This document shows positions 52,401 to 64,000 of a stretch of 64,000 nt of DNA, one piece after another. The stretch lies in NCBI GenBank assembly GCA_051362555.1, contig CM120646.1:6014001-6078000 (forward strand). Reading direction: 5' to 3'. The DNA comes from Lingula anatina. Its lineage: Eukaryota > Animalia > Brachiopoda. The notes beneath the pieces are model-generated. The model was given only the letters and a program-made list of their open reading frames with translations. It had not been told where the DNA came from and did not search any database. Position 1 is the stretch's first letter; each line of letters begins with the position of its first letter. The translations under genes and the position numbers were made by a program.

Positions 52401-53315
52401 ATGTCCACAGTCTCAGCTAGCCTGGTGTCGAGGAGTGAAGCTGTAGACTTCGTAGAACGCGTTCTTGGACTAGATGACACGGAAAAAAGACTCGCAAAAG
52501 ACAAACTTGTGTTTCTGAACAACATTATTTATGAATACCATTGTAAAGTTCCATTTCACAATGTGGATCTCTTAGCACTATCAGTTGCTGAAAGAAGGAT
52601 ACCAACTACAAATGAATTGAAAAAGCGAGGTTTATCTGGTAGAGGCGGCCTTTGCTATCAAATGAATGGATTTCTTTACTTTGTTCTGAGAGCCTTAGGA
52701 TATGAGGTGACGTTAGCCAGGGGAACAGTGTATGTCCCAGGAGACCACGTGCTTATCATAGCACGCGCTGTTGTGACGCCAGAAGACATGTACCTTATCG
52801 AAGCAGGCTGCGGACATCCCACACTGCAAGCAATCCCTTTAGATTTCAAAGAAGAATCTTCTGTATATACTTTCTCTTTTTGCACTATTAAGTTTGTGCG
52901 AAAAGAACATGGAATAGCGAGATTGCACAAAGTCTATCGGGGGAGTCCATTATTCCCTTTGCCCCCAAAAGACGAAAGCACCTCATGGTTTTCATTTTAC
53001 CACTTTAACACGGACCCTTCTATTCTGGAAGATTTTGCGATTCCTATGGAAGCTCCTTACACCAACCCCGAGTCCATCTTTCTGCGATCTATTCGAATAA
53101 TCTGCTTCCCGATGGGAAAATTACTCGGCATAAAGGACAACGCCATAGTGGACGACCAGAACGGCCAGATATGTTCCACTGAGCTGCGAGATTCGGACGC
53201 CATAATGAAAACAGTGTGTCGTCTGTTTCCAGTCCTCTCAAGTCCCAGAGAAATTGTAGAGTTGGCTGTTAAGATGTGGGAAAATATAGTTGTTGATAAG
53301 GGACCAACTTCTTGA
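52401..53315 (+). CDS. NAT: Arylamine N-acetyltransferase-like protein, paralog 1
   Basis: 304 aa. VPFHNV (PFENL-like), GRGGLCYQMN with the catalytic Cys, LGY, DH, and YLIEAGCG (YLVDVGFG-like). Intronless CDS with an upstream splice acceptor. Confidence 0.9.
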   Translation: MSTVSASLVSRSEAVDFVERVLGLDDTEKRLAKDKLVFLNNIIYEYHCKVPFHNVDLLALSVAERRIPTTNELKKRGLSGRGGLCYQMNGFLYFVLRALGYEVTLARGTVYVPGDHVLIIARAVVTPEDMYLIEAGCGHPTLQAIPLDFKEESSVYTFSFCTIKFVRKEHGIARLHKVYRGSPLFPLPPKDESTSWFSFYHFNTDPSILEDFAIPMEAPYTNPESIFLRSIRIICFPMGKLLGIKDNAIVDDQNGQICSTELRDSDAIMKTVCRLFPVLSSPREIVELAVKMWENIVVDKGPTS

Positions 53316-53908
53316 ATATCATCAGTGGGGTTGATCATATTAAAATTATTTGTTATCAGAGCGCATTACAGTGAAAAGCAGTAAAAAACAATTAATTATA
53401 GCACATGTGACTGAGACCTGTTATTATACTCGAGATATTATACATACTGTTATAACTATTTTTATATACTTTGTATCTTGGAAAGAGGAAAGAAAGGTTT
53501 ACAGATGCCGCCACAAGCCAATAGCCAGGTACATGTGTCCGTTGTGTCCTGCTCTGGCGCCGCCATTGCAGTCCAATGCCGCTTTCACAACCAATATCTG
53601 TCAAGCGGGTCTGCGGGTCAAATGTGGCTGACCTACTTGAAAGCTTGCCGCATAATCTCCTAGCTAACAGAGACTGAATAGAATCCCTGCAGGTATTATG
53701 TGGCAAGATTTCAAGTGGATTGGCCATATCTGATCCGCAGATCTGTTGGTCTTCAAAATTACCAGGAAATTTATTTGAAAATGAATAACGTTATCGGGCT
53801 TCCTAACTTTCAGCTTGATAAGGTTGTTCATTTGAACTTACGAGTAACGGTACGTCATTAAAGATGCATACCCCCTTACAGCTTTTAGTAGGCCTGACAG
53901 ACGCTTAA

Positions 53909-54325
53909 TGCCCCTATTTCACACAGACCACGAATCCCACGAATGGCCATGAATTGACAAATTTCAGGATTCGTGGTTGAATCGTAATCAGTTTGTGAAG
54001 TTCTTAACAGATTCGTATATATTCGTAGTCAGTTCTTGCACTTCTTGACCAACAGGAATTAGTGGCAAAAATTTTGAGCTGTTCAAAATTTTGGCCACGA
54101 ACTCCCGATTCCAAAAAATCGTAGTGAATTTCTGGACAATATTCGTGCGATTCCAGCCGAATCCCACGAATATTCGTAACACTATCGCACCCGTATCGTA
54201 ACTGAATCGTAGAGAGTGTGAAATTAGACCAGAAAATTGGCAAAATCTCACGAATCCTCACGAATCCTGAAATTTGTCAATTCCTAGCGATTCATGGAAT
54301 TCGTGGTCTGTGTGAAATAGGGGCA
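53909..54325. mobile_element. PIF/Harbinger-like MITE nested in another MITE
   Basis: TIR TGCCCTATTTCACACAGACCACGAAT and a TAA TSD. The uninterrupted host sequence gacgcttaagccggc is seen at about 63672. Confidence 0.85.
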
Positions 54326-56087
54326 TAAGCCAGCTAAGCTGACAGTAATCTAGTGAGACTCACCACAGGGATGGATCGATCTAAAATCAGTGGGAATGGG
54401 GTCTAAGACAATTATCAAAAGGCATTGTATAATTTTACCTGAAAATGATGTTTGAAACTAGCATTCTATGCTATATGTCAATGGGGAAGAAAAGTAGGTC
54501 ACGAAAGTAGGTTCACATTTTGACCACAAATCTAAAGAAAGGATCAGTCTAAAGCTCTTTTACGGTTGATTGAGTGATCTATTCAGTTTATCCCTTCGCA
54601 TGTCCAATTTATTTGAGTCGTATAAAAAACCAGTAGAGGTATTTTATATGTGTTAATGGGAATCCACGCTCCAACGATGCTCTGTTCGTATGTACAACGC
54701 AAATAAATAAATTGTAAAAAGTGTCCCTTCGACAGCCCCCGTTCCTCGGTACAGTGCATAGTACCAAACATGTATTACCAAGAAGGTTATGCATTACTGA
54801 TATAACCAATAATCTACAAACTGGTAGCTTATAGCTATATTACTAAATGCACGAATTGCGACAGAGAAGCATTGCGACAGAGAAGTGCAAACTACGTGAA
54901 CTTCCAAGATGGTAATCAGCTGGATGAAAACGAAACTAAAGAGAATGCAAACTTTGATGTAAATGTTGCAATGACTATGATACAGATGCACATGCAGATG
55001 CACAAAATTTATTTGTCTGTTAGCAACATTTATATGCAAATTAGCATGGAGGGCTTTTGATAAAGTTTTCCGGATATTTCTGAAATCAATTAATTAATAG
55101 CGGACTTTGAGCAAATTGATTATTTAATTAATAAACGCTCACAGTAATGAAAATTCAGTTAATTTATTAGTAACTTTCATATATGATAATGAGAACTGAA
55201 CTGTATTGGGAATTTAAAGATCTGCACTCTCTGAGTACTTTTAATGTGCAAGAAAGCACAGTATTTCATCGTTTTATAACATGCACTGTGTTTTTACTGT
55301 CCAAATGCCTGGCTTTTATCTAATCTGGTAACGATTAAAAGTAAAACATCTAAATTAGCTTCCCTCTACCATGGCCGCAGTTATTATTGTGGACATATTT
55401 TGCTGAATCGAATTGAAAGAGAGCCAAAAGGTTGTCTATTTATCTATAGACATATCTGTGAATATCTGTGGGTATAAATTAGCATGCAAATGTTTTATTA
55501 CAACCATTTTAATACAGCTACATGTAGCCTATACAGTTCTCCAGGTTTCTCTTTCAGCTGAGTCACAATATATGCAAATGTGCATACATGTATGACGACT
55601 TTTAAATAAATGTTTAAAATAGTACAAGCGCTACTAGGGCGTGTGCATTTATTTAAATATTCACATCATACCAAAGTAAATCATAATGTTTTCCTTTTTT
55701 TGTGATTTTAATGCTTTCTGTTAGAGGTAAACCCGACGTTACCGTGCGAAGGCATTTCACACCGCATTGTAGTCCATAATGTCAGTGGCTGAGCGATCAT
55801 TCAGTGACGTCACTGCCCAAATATAAATTCCCAATGTTAGGGTTACATAAGGGTATGGGTGTTTATTGATTTTAAGTCCCCAGAGAGGGTAGTTTCCCTT
55901 TAACTAGTTGAGGAAGGTATAAATAAATATTAAATAGGTCGCGAAACTTTGGGAGCCTGGAATGATCCATATTAAATCAGTCAAATAACCTATCCCCCGA
56001 TACTTCTTAACGTTAACGTTTAATTTTAACAGATAGAAAAAACCGAAAAGGATCATATAAAGATATGCTTAGCTTTTTTCTCTATCT

Positions 56088-56130
<43 letters not shown>

Positions 56131-57576
56131 TTGAAATTGTAAAATTTGGGCAGGTCCTGTTTAAACGAATGACAGTAGTATTGCAAATAAAAAGCATCGA
56201 TGTTCCAAACAGACAATAGTTATAAAAAGTATCAGTGTTCTCTCTTTTTGTTATGGAAGTTTTATTTTGATGTCATTTTCTTAAAAGTTAATATCATTAT
56301 AAGAGTTGCTTCATATATGCTGGTGGTTCTAGCAATATGAATAAGATACAGATTTATTAATTAGTCACTGAACAAACGAAATATACAATGTCGGGAATAA
56401 AACTCCCTGTAATAGTGTCGTTGCGTTAAAAAACATTCAAGGTTGTAAGATTAAAATAAGACGTTGTATTAAAAAGGGATGCAGCTGAATAATAAAAGCT
56501 ACATAAAAATCATCTACTACCCTTAGAAACTAAAATCCTTAAGTTGCTTGGTAAAAAAATTAAAAAGATTTCGAGCTGGATGCAAAATGCAACACATGAT
56601 AGGCACTGGAGATGTACCGGTATAGATTCAATAGGAGCGAGACCTGTCCCAATCACACTTGCCGCCTTAAATAATTTTTCTCGGATGTTGTTTTCCTCTA
56701 CAGTTGCAGTCCCATACCCTGCAATCAACGCATAAGTTAAAAAAAACGTATTATAACACCTGTGAGGCTTAGTTAAAATACACACCCCTGCTGCTTGAGT
56801 GAACTTTATGCACCGCATTTTTATGGATAAATTATGTTTAGACTCGTGACCTGGATTGTTCGCATTACACTGGTGTAATCACTGTCCGTTACAAAGGAGT
56901 CTATTTTATATAGGGACCATTCCCATACGCCTATCGTACTAACAGAATCGATTTATATCTGAGGGGGTGTTGGATGTCTAGCTGGCACGCTTACTAAAGC
57001 TGCTAAACGGTACTTGATTATTCCCTAACAACTGCAGTAGGCGTACTAGATATCAGAGCCGATTAAGCTGAATGCAATTTAGCGAGAAACCCATCGGGGA
57101 TGGGTCGATACTTCTAGATCGATCCAGTTATGGGAACGGGGTCAAACGCGAAATAAATTTGTGGCGTTCTTGTTTAACCGGTTTGGTATTCAGCATAGTT
57201 ATATGTTATTTTAATGCTATTTGACCAGGTGATTTATTGTCTTATGTAAGCCCGCTGTCAAGGAGGTGAAATTCAGCTCACCTACAGTAGACGTTTTTGA
57301 ATCACAGAAGCCAACCAACTCCCTTCAACTCGAGCACATTAAGGTGGGTGATTGAGTCTTAGCCTACATTCTTCCTATAGATCCTTTCATGTTTTAGACA
57401 ATGGTATATGACATCCAGAGTGTAACTTAAATCATAGCATGTCAAAACTTTGCATGATAAAATAATCGACTCTTCTTCAGCTGGATATATATTTAAAAAA
57501 ATGACAACCTGTGTGTATATATTTCAGGTGATAATCTATAGCTAGTCACTGGTGAGCCTCCTCTATCTCTACAAAG

Positions 57577-58479
57577 ATGTCCACAGTCTCAGCTAGCCTG
57601 GTGTCGAGGAGTGAAGCTGTAGACTTCGTAGAACGTGTTCTTGGACTGGATGACATAGACAAAAGACTCAAAACAGACAAACTTGCTTTTCTCAACAACA
57701 TAATTTATGAATACCACTGTAAAGTTCCATTTCACAATGTGGATCTCTTAGCCCTACCAGTTGCTGAAAGAAGGATACCAACTACAAATGAATTGAAAGA
57801 GCGAGGTTTATCTGGTAGAGGCGGTCTTTGCTACCAAACGAATGGTTTTCTTTATTTTGTGTTGCAAGCCTTAGGATATGAGGTGACGTTAGCCAGGGGC
57901 ACAGTGTATCTCCCAGGAGACCACCTGCTTATCATAGCACATGGTGTTGTGACGTCAGAAGACATGTATCTTGTCGAAGCAGGCGCCGGATACCCTACAC
58001 TGCAAGCGATCCCTTTAGATTTCAAAGAAGAATCATCTATTTATACTTTCTCTGTTTGTACCATTAAGTTTGTGCGAAAAGAAAGTGGAATAGCGAGGTT
58101 GCACAAAGTCTATCGGGGGAGTCCATTATTCCCTTTGCCCCCCAAAGACGTAGGTACCTCATGGTTTTCATTTTACCACTTTGACACGGCCCCTTTTTGT
58201 CTAGAAGATATTGCCGTCACTGTGAATGTACCGTACAGCAATCCCGAGTACATCTTTCATCGGTCTTTTCGAGTAGTATGTTTCCCGATGGGAAAATTAC
58301 TCGGCATAAAGGACAACGCCATAGTGGACGACCAGAACGGCCAGATATGTTCCACTGAGCTGCGAGATTCGGACGCCATAACGAAAACCGTGTGTCGTCT
58401 GTTTCCAGTCCTCTCACGTCCCAGAGAAATTGTAGAGATGGCTGTTATGATGTGGGAAAATGTAGTTGTTGATAAGTGA
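57577..58479 (+). CDS. NAT: Arylamine N-acetyltransferase-like protein, paralog 2
   Basis: 300 aa, highly similar to paralog 1 including about 750 bp of upstream flank. Motifs GRGGLCYQ, GDH and YLVEAGAG. Confidence 0.9.
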   Translation: MSTVSASLVSRSEAVDFVERVLGLDDIDKRLKTDKLAFLNNIIYEYHCKVPFHNVDLLALPVAERRIPTTNELKERGLSGRGGLCYQTNGFLYFVLQALGYEVTLARGTVYLPGDHLLIIAHGVVTSEDMYLVEAGAGYPTLQAIPLDFKEESSIYTFSVCTIKFVRKESGIARLHKVYRGSPLFPLPPKDVGTSWFSFYHFDTAPFCLEDIAVTVNVPYSNPEYIFHRSFRVVCFPMGKLLGIKDNAIVDDQNGQICSTELRDSDAITKTVCRLFPVLSRPREIVEMAVMMWENVVVDK

Positions 58480-59817
58480 CCAACTCATGAAGAGGTATAT
58501 ATTTTTAGGTTTTATTAAACTTATTGTCCATCAAGGTATATATGAAAGGCAACTTCCGGTTTGCTGATTTTAAAATCCTAGAAACGGTGGTTAACTCAAT
58601 TATTCTGGAGTTTGTGCTTGCGTGACCTCCATAGATGGCTACACTCTGTCATAATCTCTTAAGAGAATATTACAGAAAACCAAACTTTTTAGAAAAAAAG
58701 GGGACTAACTTTCAATGTGGGAATGGATTCATTAATCATTGAAAAGTGTGGAAAAATTGTTCTTTAGCCCAGAAAAATTCATTTTTTGGCCAAAATCAAC
58801 AGTTGTTATCCCTTTAAAAATCTTACACTAATGTAAATATAGGTTTTTTATGCTCTTGTTTGTTGTGAAATCTGATCATATTAGAAGCTTCTCAGAATAC
58901 ATTACAGTAAATAGCAGGGGAAAAACAAGTATACTATTAATTATAGTGCATGGTATCTGACCAATCAGAGGCCTATTATTTTACTATCTAGTTACATGTA
59001 TCCTGTAACTGTGACGAAACCTTTATATGCCCAATGCCATACCAGTTTATACCTAAACCTCTATGAAGAAAGATATAAGAACACGTTTTATTGAGCTGGA
59101 TTAGTAGTTGTTTTTGAAGATACCGCGCCTGTATATAACAGTGATAATTCAGTCCTGACGAGTTTGCCCTTACTTCTTTTGAGTGGTATATTTCAAATAT
59201 ATCTATCAATATGAACAACGTTTCATTGTCTGTGTCATTCTTTGACTTGCATCGTCAATTTGCAAATAAATGAAAATGTCCTGCATGCAGGAATATTGAT
59301 CATATTATAATTATTTGCTTATCAGAGCACATTACAGTAATAGCAATAAAAACGTTAATTATAGCGCATACTACAGTGACTGAGATCCGTTTTATAATAG
59401 AGATATTATAGTTTATGCATACTGTTATAACTTACATATATAGCTTACTGGTACATATATTCGTGATAATACCGTACAGGAAAAAACAACAATATTAAAG
59501 TCCCTAAATATTTCATTATCATTATTTTAACGTTTGTTTTAATTGACAAGAGTAGTCCACCTCCTGAAATTTATTTTAAACAATATCAGTAAATTGCACA
59601 CCTCTTCAAAATGTGTTAAAAATAAATTTTCGTTACAATGATTGAAAAACAATTAAATTGTACCTCATCTACACTATAAAAAATATGCACTACGAATAGT
59701 ATGGGAATAATATAATTGTGAAAGATTCAACTTTCTGTTTTCTATCAATATCAAATTTTGTCTTTACATTGTTACTAATAATTTGAAATACATTTGTTCA
59801 ATTAATATAATATCTTT

Positions 59818-60046
59818 TTATTACCTCCGCCAAGGAGGTTATGTTTTCACCCCTGTCTGTTTGTTTGTCATTAACATAACTCAAACAGTTATGGACCGAT
59901 TTTGATGAAATTTCTAGGGTAGGTGGGAAATGGGTTAACTTAGAAGTGATTAGTTTTTGGTTGTGATCCTGATCAATAATCAATCAATAATATTCAAAAA
60001 TCGCTGCCTTGGCGGAGGTCTGCGCTCCCGGAGTGCTTTTCTAGTT
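59818..60046 (-). mobile_element. Short Helentron-associated element (HINE)
   Basis: ttattacctccgccaaggaggttatgtttt hairpin, (TGTT/TGTC) microsatellite, subterminal IR cttggcggaggt, ending ctagtt. Confidence 0.75.
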
Positions 60047-60144
60047 CTGCTGACATATAAAACTTCTCTACATCTTTATGATCAAGGTTAACACGTTCCT
60101 TGGATGGAAGCAGTGTGTTATTAATAAATCTATGACTATACATG

Positions 60145-60312
60145 CAGGCCCGTAGCCAGGGGGGGTTCGGGGGGTTCGAAAGAACCGCCCCTTTTGCTGG
60201 GAAAAGGTCCACTCTGGGTAAAAATTGAACTAGGTATATTATGTTTTAATGGGAAAAGGTCCACTTTTTCAGAAAAAGAACCCCCCTTTTGAAATTGCTG
60301 GCTACGGGCCTG
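60145..60312. mobile_element. hAT-like MITE with 5-bp TSD (same family as 14550-14695)
   Basis: TIR CAGGCCCGTAGCCAG...CTGGCTACGGGCCTG and TSD ACATG. Confidence 0.85.
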
Positions 60313-61192
60313 ACATGATTGGATGTATATGTTTAATCTCGCATTTAAATGTTTCAATCATTTCAACGGCAGACTTCATCACCTCCTTTGGGCTGTTTAG
60401 CATTGGGAACAGGAGAGACAAGGCATTCGTTAGGGCTTCAGAATCTTTGAACTCAGTTGAAAAAACTTTACCGTTTTTGTCTTCCAATATTGAGTTGTTC
60501 TTAATAGCCAGCAGCTTGCCATTCGGGAAACGAACAGCTCTGAAGGAATTGAGGAAGGCTGAAGTTGGGTCTGTGTACGGTATGACCATCGAGCTTTCGA
60601 AATCCTTGAGAATACAATGAGCGGGGTTAAAACTGTACACGCACCGCCAGGTCTTTTCTAGGTCACTTTCCTCTTTGTGCATTCGATGAAACTCTCCGCC
60701 ATCTTGGCGGACGTATTTGAAGGTACAAAATGAAAACGTGTAAACTGGCGATTCTACTTGAAAATCTAAAAGGATCGCTCTCAGTGTTGGGTATCCTATG
60801 GCAGCCTCTATAAGGTAACTGTCACCTGACGTCACAACATCATGTGCTACTAACAGCACGTGATCCCCCGGATTTTTTACGTGGCCCTTTGCCAATGTGA
60901 CGTCATAGCCTAAAGCTCGTAAGACGAAATACAGGAAAGTATTATTTTGATAGCAAAGACCGCCTCTGCCGGAAAGACCTCTATCTTTCAATTCTGCTAA
61001 ATTTGGTATTCTCCTCTCAGAAACTGGTAACGCCAATAGATCCAAGTTGTGAAATGGAACTTTGCAGTGATATTCATAAATCATGTCGTTCAGAAAAGTC
61101 AGTTTGTCTGTATTAAGTCTCATTTGGATGTCAATGAGTCCTAGGACATTTTCAACAAACGTTGTAGCTTCTTCTTTAGATAACAGGTCCAT
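60302..61192 (-). CDS. NAT: Arylamine N-acetyltransferase-like protein, paralog 3 (inverted, more diverged)
   Basis: 296 aa. Motifs VPFHNL, GRGGLCYQNN, GDHV and YLIEAAIG. The stop codon lies inside a MITE. Confidence 0.88.
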   Translation of the reverse strand: MDLLSKEEATTFVENVLGLIDIQMRLNTDKLTFLNDMIYEYHCKVPFHNLDLLALPVSERRIPNLAELKDRGLSGRGGLCYQNNTFLYFVLRALGYDVTLAKGHVKNPGDHVLLVAHDVVTSGDSYLIEAAIGYPTLRAILLDFQVESPVYTFSFCTFKYVRQDGGEFHRMHKEESDLEKTWRCVYSFNPAHCILKDFESSMVIPYTDPTSAFLNSFRAVRFPNGKLLAIKNNSILEDKNGKVFSTEFKDSEALTNALSLLFPMLNSPKEVMKSAVEMIETFKCEIKHIHPIMSGP

Positions 61193-63529
61193 CTCCCACT
61201 CACAATTTCACGAATAAGAAGTAGGGTGCTTTCCGTCTCTTTGGCCTGAAAAATATATTTGCACATTATGTGTCATTAATACTTAACATGTACCTGCATG
61301 CAAGATTTATGCCGCCCCTATATACATCTAATTTACTTAAAGGTACATACGAACCGAGCATCAGTGGACCGTGGATTCCCAGTAACACATATAAACCACT
61401 TCTACTAGTTTCTTATACGACTCAAATGAATTCGACATTCCAAGGCATAAACTGAATAGATCACTCGATAAGCCTTAAAAGAGCTTTAGACTGCTCCTTT
61501 CTTTAAATTTTTGGTCGGAAATTTAACCTACTTTCGTGACCTACTTTTCTGCCCCATTGACATACAGCATAGAATGCTAGCAGAAAAGTTCGTTCAAACA
61601 TCATTTTCGGGTAAAATTAAACAATGCCTTTTGGTAATTCTCTTAGTTATACTACTTGAAACTATATACTGGTATGCTGGTTTTTGTGGGAAAAAAATGA
61701 CTTTATATGCATCTTTAAACATAAAGACCACGCATTTAATCTAAATTCTACATATACTCATATACTCTGTATCTGGGAAGGCGGAAAGAAGGGATTATAG
61801 GTGCCCTAGAAGCCTAGCTTGGGACATGCGTCCAAATATCTGTGGGAATAGTCCCTTAGGTGGAATTAAAAAGAGTAAAACGTTATCAAACTGGTTACTG
61901 AACCGATACAAAATGAATTTATTTGCGAATGATATGCTTCAAAGCGAGTATACCCCATGATTTGGATGTTTATAGATCCAAGAATTTGTAACATATAGGG
62001 TGTTATGAGCTCAAAAACTGAGACAACTCCTGGAGACAACCGCTGGAGCTGCAAGTCTTCATCATGACCGACAGAGGTGGATTGCATTGAGAAGGACCAT
62101 AGACATATAAATTGCATGCAAAATGACCCACCTTTGATACACTACACATGCATTGGGTAAGTCTCGTAACATTAATTAGTATGTTTACTTAAACACTAAG
62201 GCTCCTGACGAACTGTAGGTCTATATATATATATGGTTCAGAACTCAAGAATGACTTAATCGGACTATTTTACAATGAAATTTAACGTACCTGACTATTA
62301 CGTAAGCTTCGAGTTATATGCAGTTTAGAAGTCTAAGCTAACCTCGATGGAAAGTAGGTCACAGAAACACTTAATATCAAGGTTAATATAGTTGGTAACA
62401 ACAAATGTTATTAAATTATGTACAGACAGTAAAAGATGCAGGAACCGAGTAGCGATGGGCCGATTTATTTAGGGTAGGAGAGTCCCCCCTACCCCCCTCC
62501 CACACACATATACTGTTTTAAAAAACACGTAAGTCAATGCATGGCCTAAGGTGAATAACCCATAAATGTCGCTATTTCTATTTTAATAAAATTTTGATAA
62601 TATTTCATTTCCACAGGCAAGCCAAAACTGAATATTTTCCATTGGCCTCAAAGGTTATACGTTTTTGATAGTAAACATGTTAACATAAATTTAAATTTCA
62701 GTTACCTGCATTCAACGGATGTGTATTTAATCCTTCCGTGTAGTAATAAACACTAGAACATGGTGGTCTGCTCAATATGATTTATTTAAGCTTTAATTAC
62801 ATCACACAGCATCACGGTTATTTCGGGTGCGAACCGCTCTAATCGCCGACGAACCCCCACGCCTAACTTACGCTAACCTTTCGGCACTGGAGCTTCGGGC
62901 TGTCGGTATGATCCGGGATATTTCTGGAGTATTTCTCAACAAGCAAGTGAAACTGTTGTAAATCTCACGATGCTATACAAGACCAGCTGTGCAAAAGCAG
63001 ATAAGTCTCAGATAAGTCTCCTCTCTCCTTGGATTTTCAAAGAGAAAGCCAATATATAGCATAAAGGTTTGAGTCTAAAGTAACAAATTGCGTCATTGAA
63101 TTTTTAATTAATCAGTCATTTACTTTCAGCGGTGTTGGAAAATGTCTCCATTAAACGAATCTCAAGTCTTGCAGTCAGTCAGTACAGAAATGGTAAATAT
63201 GATGGGCTCTTGTTAACAGAAGGGGCATTATAAGTAGTAAAAGAAGAGAAACAACACATATTAAATAAATTCATGGTAAATAAAAAATCAATCCATGTTC
63301 AGATACATGTCCGTCTGCCACTTCACTTTCTTTGAAAAAAAAACAACAACAGAAAATAAACAATAGTAAAATCAAACAACAGATTATTATTATTTTAAAA
63401 TATAAATTTATATCAAGAAATATCAAAATTGTACACCACTTCATCAAAATGTGTTTATAGATAAAGATATCATTTTGTTACTTTCATCAATATTTAATAT
63501 CTTATTAAAATGAACGGTGACGTAAACTA

Positions 63530-63757
63530 AGGGTGCATTCCCAGAGATTTAGATCGATCCAGAGATTTAGATTTAGATCGACCTAACTCCCTGGGGGTTC
63601 ACGCTAAATTTCAGTCAGCCGAGCGCGCACCATAGTTAATTACCCCCTTACGCCATTTAGTAGGCGGGACAGACGCTTAAGCCGGCTAAGCTGACAGTAA
63701 TCTAGTGAGACTCCCCACAGGGATAGATCGATCCAAAATCTATGGGAATGGGGTCTA
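63530..63757. mobile_element. PIF/Harbinger-like MITE
   Basis: taa-gggtgcattccca ... tgggaatggggtc-taa termini; same family as 1741-1916 and 53870-54406. Confidence 0.6.
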
Positions 63758-64000
63758 AAATACTGATAGGCTACACCTTGCACAGTTTACTATACGATGA
63801 TTAGAAAAAAATTGTACCTCATCTGCACTATACAAAATATGAGCTACATTTAGTGTGGTAAAGATAAAATTGTAAAGGATGTTTTTATCTACATCAAATT
63901 TTGTACCTACATTTAAGTTAAATTAATAATAAATATGTATTTAAATGAATATCACATAAAATATGATATATTAATCTGGGTGTTGCTGGTATCCAAATAT

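Overview
This window is animal genomic DNA, not prokaryotic: it has spliceosomal introns, microsatellites and many non-autonomous DNA transposons. The content (HFAamide-like neuropeptide, Helentron/HINE elements, matrix-type proteins) suggests a lophotrochozoan such as a mollusc, which is an inference. Genes in order: a spliced GH3-domain (GHDC-like) gene with a GC-AG intron; three tandem intronless DxD-motif glycosyltransferase-like paralogs; a secreted two-Kunitz-domain inhibitor; a convergent 9-exon secreted mosaic protein (C-type lectin, three Bacteroidetes-like Cys/HYR repeats, a split chitin-binding domain and a Gly-rich tail); an HFAamide-like neuropeptide precursor; a TNIP2/ABIN-2-like gene; and three intronless arylamine N-acetyltransferases that all carry Glu where the catalytic Asp is expected. 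The mosaic lectin, the Cys-His-Glu NAT family and the GT-like triplet are the most interesting. Exon structures and family calls were read by eye, with no database searches.
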